From a virus (Duplodnaviria > Heunggongvirae > Uroviricota > Caudoviricetes): a DNA stretch of 10,517 bases. Positions 7,214 through 10,517 of this stretch are shown here, piece by piece (position 1 is the stretch's first letter; the number at the start of each line of letters is the position of its first letter). Below the pieces are notes generated by a model. The model was given only the letters and a program-made list of their open reading frames with translations. It was not told the origin of the DNA and did not search any database. Position numbers and translations under genes: made by a program. Location of the stretch: the IMG/VR virus record IMGVR_UViG_2585427755_000006, one strand, 5' to 3'.

Positions 7214-7405
7214 ATGCACAAAGCATCTACCGTTAAGTTAAGAACGAGTATCGAGATGGCACATAGCCTCGCTCAAATTGGAGTCAGGTTTGTGCCAATA
7301 CCAGTAGAAACAGACGAAGAATTTCACACGTTAGCCGCATCCCTTTCACAAAAGCTGGAAATGATGGTGGCGAAAGCAGAAGCAGATGAGAGAGACCAGG
7401 TATGA
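7214..7405 (+). CDS. Small 63-aa protein, lambda exo-xis orf63-like by position and size
   Basis: ATG at 7214 behind a GGGGGGG Shine-Dalgarno. Translation MHKASTVKLRTSIEMAHSLAQIGVRFVPIPVETDEEFHTLAASLSQKLEMMVAKAEADERDQV. First in a coupled chain of small genes. Confidence 0.6.
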   Translation: MHKASTVKLRTSIEMAHSLAQIGVRFVPIPVETDEEFHTLAASLSQKLEMMVAKAEADERDQV

Positions 7406-7485
7406 CAACCACTGAATGCATTTTTCTGGCAGCGGGCTTCATATTCTGTGTGCTTATGCTTGCCGACATGGGACTTGTTCAATGA
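7402..7485 (+). CDS. Possible 27-aa hydrophobic micro-protein (MTTTECIFLAAGFIFCVLMLADMGLVQ)
   Basis: ATG overlaps the stop of the upstream gene (ATGA) and its own stop overlaps the next ATG (ATGA). One predicted TM helix. No independent support. Confidence 0.3.
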   Translation: MTTTECIFLAAGFIFCVLMLADMGLVQ

Positions 7486-7697
7486 CACCTCAGCAGGAAA
7501 ACGCCCTTCGCAGCATTGCCCGTCAGGCTAATTCTGAAATCAAAAAAGCCAGACAGCAGTTTCCGGATAAAAACGTCGATGACATTTGCCGTAGCGTACT
7601 GAAGAAGCACCGCGAAACGGTAACGCTGATGGGATTCACACCGACTCATTTAAGCCTGGCAATCGGCATGTTAAACGGCGTCTTTAAGGAACGATGA
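7482..7697 (+). CDS. Small 71-aa protein, lambda exo-xis orf61-like by position
   Basis: Translation MTPQQENALRSIARQANSEIKKARQQFPDKNVDDICRSVLKKHRETVTLMGFTPTHLSLAIGMLNGVFKER. The track ORF is extended upstream to 7416. Confidence 0.55.
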   Translation: MTPQQENALRSIARQANSEIKKARQQFPDKNVDDICRSVLKKHRETVTLMGFTPTHLSLAIGMLNGVFKER

Positions 7698-7789
7698 ACA
7701 TGAAAAGCAAAATCATCAGGGAGCTACAGGCTCCTTTTTTATTATTCGCATTCACCCTCAAGCGTATTAACCAACAATTCAGGGATTAA
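7694..7789 (+). CDS. Possible 31-aa micro-ORF (MNMKSKIIRELQAPFLLFAFTLKRINQQFRD)
   Basis: ATG overlaps the upstream stop (ATGA). Fills the gap before the TraR-like gene. Could be chance. Confidence 0.2.
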   Translation: MNMKSKIIRELQAPFLLFAFTLKRINQQFRD

Positions 7790-7795
7790 TGGAAG

Positions 7796-8017
7796 ATGGC
7801 AGACATCATTGATTCAGCATCAGAAATTGAAGAATTACAGCGCAACACAGCAATAAAAATGCGCCGCCTGAACCACCAGGCTATATCTGCCACTCATTGT
7901 TGTGAGTGTGGCGATCCGATAGATGAACGAAGACGCCTGGTCGTTCAGGGTTGTCGGACTTGTGCAAGTTGCCAGGAAGATCTGGAGCTTATCAGTAAAC
8001 AGAGAGGTTCGAAGTGA
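7796..8017 (+). CDS. TraR/DksA-family C4 zinc-finger protein (73 aa), lambda orf73-like
   Basis: CCECGDPIDERRRLVVQGCRTCASCQ gives a C-x2-C...C-x2-C zinc finger after an acidic N-terminal helix, typical of TraR-like RNA polymerase secondary-channel binders. Size and position match lambda orf73. Confidence 0.75.
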   Translation: MADIIDSASEIEELQRNTAIKMRRLNHQAISATHCCECGDPIDERRRLVVQGCRTCASCQEDLELISKQRGSK

Positions 8018-8316
8018 GCGAAATTAACTCTCAGGCACTGCGTGAAGCGGCAGAGCAGGCAATGCATGACGACTGGGGATTTGACGCAGACCTTTTCCAT
8101 GAATTGGTAACACCATCGATTGTGCTGGAACTGCTGGATGAGCGGGAAAGAAACCAGCAATACATCAAACGCCGCGACCAGGAGAACGAGGAAATTGCGC
8201 TAACGGTAGGAAAGCTGCGCGTTGAGCTGGAAGCAGCAAAATCAAAACTCAACGAGCAGCGTGAATATTACGAAGGTGTTATCTCGGATGGAAGTAAGCG
8301 TATTGCTGAACTGTAG
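8014..8316 (+). CDS. Ead/Ea22-like protein (100 aa, coiled-coil C-terminus)
   Basis: GTG start overlapping the upstream stop (GTGA). Translation MSEINSQALREAAEQAMHDDWGFDADLFHELVTPSIVLELLDERERNQQYIKRRDQENEE... matches a recalled Ea22-like family. Confidence 0.55.
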   Translation: MSEINSQALREAAEQAMHDDWGFDADLFHELVTPSIVLELLDERERNQQYIKRRDQENEEIALTVGKLRVELEAAKSKLNEQREYYEGVISDGSKRIAEL

Positions 8317-8566
8317 GCCTAGGTTGAATGTACAAGATTTGCATACGTAAGAGCAAAAGACAAGGGAGAATTGATCAGAGTTATTACCTGCCAACCAACG
8401 GGATATTACGCTTACGTACCATGTAACTAGGAATCCTTGAAGTGGCAGCCTAACTGTGGATACACTGAAATGGCGATTTGGTAACATGTTTCGCACAAGG
8501 CTGTTACTACGCTTAGAGATAATCAGTCATGATTAAATGCTTTGTAAAAAGTAAAAGGAAATTACA

Positions 8567-9181
8567 ATGAAAAAATCAACACTAATTTTAGGGCTTACGT
8601 TAATTGTCTCATCTCAAATACCATCGGCAATGGCAAAAAATGAATCAAAACTTTGGGTTGTTGTTGATCGAACGGAAAGACATACCTGCCCTTCAAGTAA
8701 ATGTGGAGTGGCTGGGAAACTATTTTTCAGGGAAGGCGTAGATTTTCTAGAAAAAAAAGGTGAATGGGTTCGTATAACTGAGCCATATTCAGCCTCATGT
8801 GTGGGAGGGGAAAGCGAATATATTAAAGAAGGTAATAAATCCTGCACAAGAAAAAACGGAATCGTTAATGGCAAGTTTTCAGAATGGGTTAAACTTAGTG
8901 ATCTTAGCAGTGAAAGGCCATCAGATCCTGCTGAAAATGCGAGCAGAAATGATACCTTAATCAAAGGATCTGATGACTACCGTATATACAAAAAAGAGTT
9001 TTCTTCGGCAGCTAGGAAGTTAATAAGTGAAGGTGTCTGCACGGAGAGCGATTTTAAGGAAGTTGGAGGGTGGATGGCATCAAGCAATAAGGGTGAAAAC
9101 ATCTATTTCACATATTGCGGAGGAATGACGTTGTCGAACAGAATATATCTAGACGTTAAAAGTGGAAAGACTTTTAGATAA
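8567..9181 (+). CDS. Secreted/periplasmic hypothetical protein (204 aa) with cleavable signal peptide and an SH3b-like N-terminal region
   Basis: Signal peptide MKKSTLILGLTLIVSSQIPSAMA with AxA cleavage motif. The stretch LWVVVDRTERHTCPSSKCGVAGKLFFREGVDFLEKKGEWVRI resembles a bacterial SH3 fold. Six cysteines. AAGGAAA RBS. Lies in the AT-rich island. Confidence 0.7.
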   Translation: MKKSTLILGLTLIVSSQIPSAMAKNESKLWVVVDRTERHTCPSSKCGVAGKLFFREGVDFLEKKGEWVRITEPYSASCVGGESEYIKEGNKSCTRKNGIVNGKFSEWVKLSDLSSERPSDPAENASRNDTLIKGSDDYRIYKKEFSSAARKLISEGVCTESDFKEVGGWMASSNKGENIYFTYCGGMTLSNRIYLDVKSGKTFR

Positions 9182-9252
9182 TATGATATTACCAATGACA
9201 GCATTAATTTAATGCCTCCATAGAATTATCTCTAGGAAGTAAGTATAAGAAA

Positions 9253-9289
9253 AGTCCGCACAATGAGCTGCTGCGGGCTTTGTGTTATT
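9253..9289 (+). terminator. Candidate rho-independent terminator after the secreted-protein gene
   Basis: AGTCCGCA (9253-9260) / TGCGGGCT (9272-9279) stem with one G-U pair and an 11-nt loop, followed by TTGTGTTATT. Confidence 0.4.
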
Positions 9290-9474
9290 CGCCATATTTT
9301 ATGAAGCAAATACGACACTATAGATAATTAAGCGTTACTGGTTGTCGATTCCTCACTCATTCCTGCTGATGGCTGTCTTCTTGTATGTGTCATTGAAGGG
9401 TAATATCGCGTAAAAAGATACCGGAAGTATCCGCGCCGCTATGATTGTCTTTCTCCTGATGCAGGAAAAGCAGA

Positions 9475-9813
9475 ATGACTAAATCAGCAGCAGAGCGCAA
9501 AGCCGATCAGAGAGCCAAGCAAGCATCATCCGGTATGCGTAAGCTGGAGCTTGTACTTGATGCTCAGGAAATTGAAATGCTGGAGCGTAACTGAGCCACG
9601 CGCCGCTTCAGGCGTGCGCCTTACGAGTTTGGTGAGTACATAGCGTTACTGAGCCGCCAGGATGATGCACGTGTGCGCTGGCGTATAAAATCGATTAGCA
9701 GAAAACGTTGCCGTAAGTGCGGCGAGAGAGTTCCTGTTAATTCATGCCCGTGTAATGGTGACTCACAATACTGGGTGACCAAAGGCTGGCACGAAACAAA
9801 ATTAATGATATAA
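9475..9813 (+). pseudogene. 112-codon reading frame interrupted by one in-frame TGA (9592-9594): 39-aa N-terminal part plus 72-aa C-terminal part with a zinc-ribbon motif
   Basis: ATG at 9475 gives MTKSAAERKADQRAKQASSGMRKLELVLDAQEIEMLERN, then TGA, then the same frame continues ATRRFRRAPYEFGEYIALLSRQDDARVRWRIKSISRKRCRKCGERVPVNSCPCNGDSQYWVTKGWHETKLMI*. No ATG in the second part; an internal GTG at 9673 is the only alternative start. Confidence 0.45.
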
Positions 9814-9841
9814 ATCTCTGTGACATGTCACGGAGGCGGCA

Positions 9842-10270
9842 ATGAAATTAGACCAGCAATATCTAAAAGATCTACTTATCGCATTCGAAAAAACTTATGG
9901 CCCTGACACGATGCTTAGTGAACTAGAGGATAATGGCTTTAATAGATATGACCAAAATTTTATTTTCCATATGCGATTATTATGTGACTACGAATTAATA
10001 GTTAGGGTTGATGGAAAACCTGGGTTCGGTCATATAATGTCCAACGAGTTAGGGGAAGGTGTTGAATATAGTTGGCTCGAAGTACCACTGAGGTTGACAG
10101 CAAGAGGGCATGATTTTATTGCTGACTTACGTCAAAAGGAGGTCTGGCAAGCTATAAAAACAAACTTTAAGGATGAGGGAATTGGTACTCTTATGAGTGT
10201 TTCAAAATCACTAGCAAAAGGCTTTGCAAGAAAAAAAATAAAAGATATTACAGGAATAGATATTGAATAA
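9842..10270 (+). CDS. Hypothetical 142-aa protein, prophage cargo, no confirmed family
   Basis: ATG at 9842 with GGAGG RBS (cacGGAGGcggcaATG). Clean AT-rich ORF ending 36 bp before the IS911-like terminus. Confidence 0.7.
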   Translation: MKLDQQYLKDLLIAFEKTYGPDTMLSELEDNGFNRYDQNFIFHMRLLCDYELIVRVDGKPGFGHIMSNELGEGVEYSWLEVPLRLTARGHDFIADLRQKEVWQAIKTNFKDEGIGTLMSVSKSLAKGFARKKIKDITGIDIE

Positions 10271-10306
10271 TTCTTAGCATAAAGCAACTACTGCCTTTGG
10301 TGAAAA

Positions 10307-10517
10307 TGAAGTGGTTTACTGAATTTGGCCACCTGAACAGAGGTGATATGCTCACCTCAGAACAACACAGGTGCCATAATGAAAAAAAGAAATTTCAGCG
10401 CAGAGTTTAAACGCGAATCCGCTCAACTGGTCGTTGACCAGAATTACACCGTGGCAGATGCAGCCAGCGCTATGGATGTCGGCCTTTCCACAATGACGCG
10501 ATGGGTGAAACAATTAC
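10307..10517 (+). mobile_element. Left end of an IS3-family insertion sequence closely related to IS911 (partial, runs off the window)
   Basis: Terminus TGAAGTGGTTTACTGAATTTGGCCACC resembles the IS911 left inverted repeat TGAAGTGGTCAACAAAAACTGGCCACC, followed by an IS911-type orfA. Confidence 0.8.
10379..10517 (+). CDS. IS3-family transposase OrfA (IS911 InsN-like), N-terminal 46 codons only
   Basis: Translation [46 protein letters not shown] matches recalled IS911 OrfA apart from a few substitutions. AGGTG RBS. Confidence 0.85.
   Translation, partial: MKKRNFSAEFKRESAQLVVDQNYTVADAASAMDVGLSTMTRWVKQL

Noticed and set aside
8006-8014. GGTTCGAAG, a tRNA T-loop-like motif
   Set aside because: It lies inside the TraR-like coding sequence and no acceptor or anticodon stems could be built around it.
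7284-8496. Minus-strand track ORFs 7284-7469, 7945-8160, 8031-8252 and 8242-8496
   Set aside because: Antisense to the tightly coupled plus-strand gene chain; no start context or recognisable product.
8614-8964. 116-aa minus-strand ORF inside the secreted-protein gene
   Set aside because: Antisense to a gene with a clear signal peptide and RBS.
1-10517. IS2 and the IS911-like element acting as a composite transposon around the prophage segment
   Set aside because: The two elements belong to different IS types and would not be mobilised together by one transposase; independent insertions into a decaying prophage is the simpler reading.
1-10517. CRISPR array, rRNA or long tandem repeats
   Set aside because: No regularly spaced direct repeats of 25-40 bp and no rRNA-like conserved stretches were seen on either strand.

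Overview
This window reads as a fragment of a defective DLP12-like lambdoid prophage of E. coli/Shigella, in reverse orientation to the usual lambda map, bounded by a complete IS2 (1-1331) on the left and the start of an IS911-like IS3-family element (from ~10307) on the right. All gene identities are from recalled protein sequences and six-frame reading only; no search was run. Minus strand, right to left: a 3' remnant of replication gene P, ren, the emrE efflux gene, the large serine recombinase ybcK, then two uncharacterised genes (107 aa and 168 aa) where K-12 carries ybcL/ybcM, then ylcH-ybcN-ninE-ybcO-rusA-ylcG and a quuD (antiterminator Q) whose last 18 codons are replaced by the IS2 insertion. 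Plus strand from 7214: a translationally coupled chain of small genes resembling the lambda exo-xis region (orf63/orf61/orf73-TraR/ea22-like), then an AT-rich island with a secreted SH3b-like protein, a reading frame split by an in-frame TGA, and a 142-aa hypothetical. The best candidate for an undescribed system is the 107-aa/168-aa cassette at 3343-4411; its function is not known and is only hypothesised from context. No CRISPR array, rRNA or tRNA was found.
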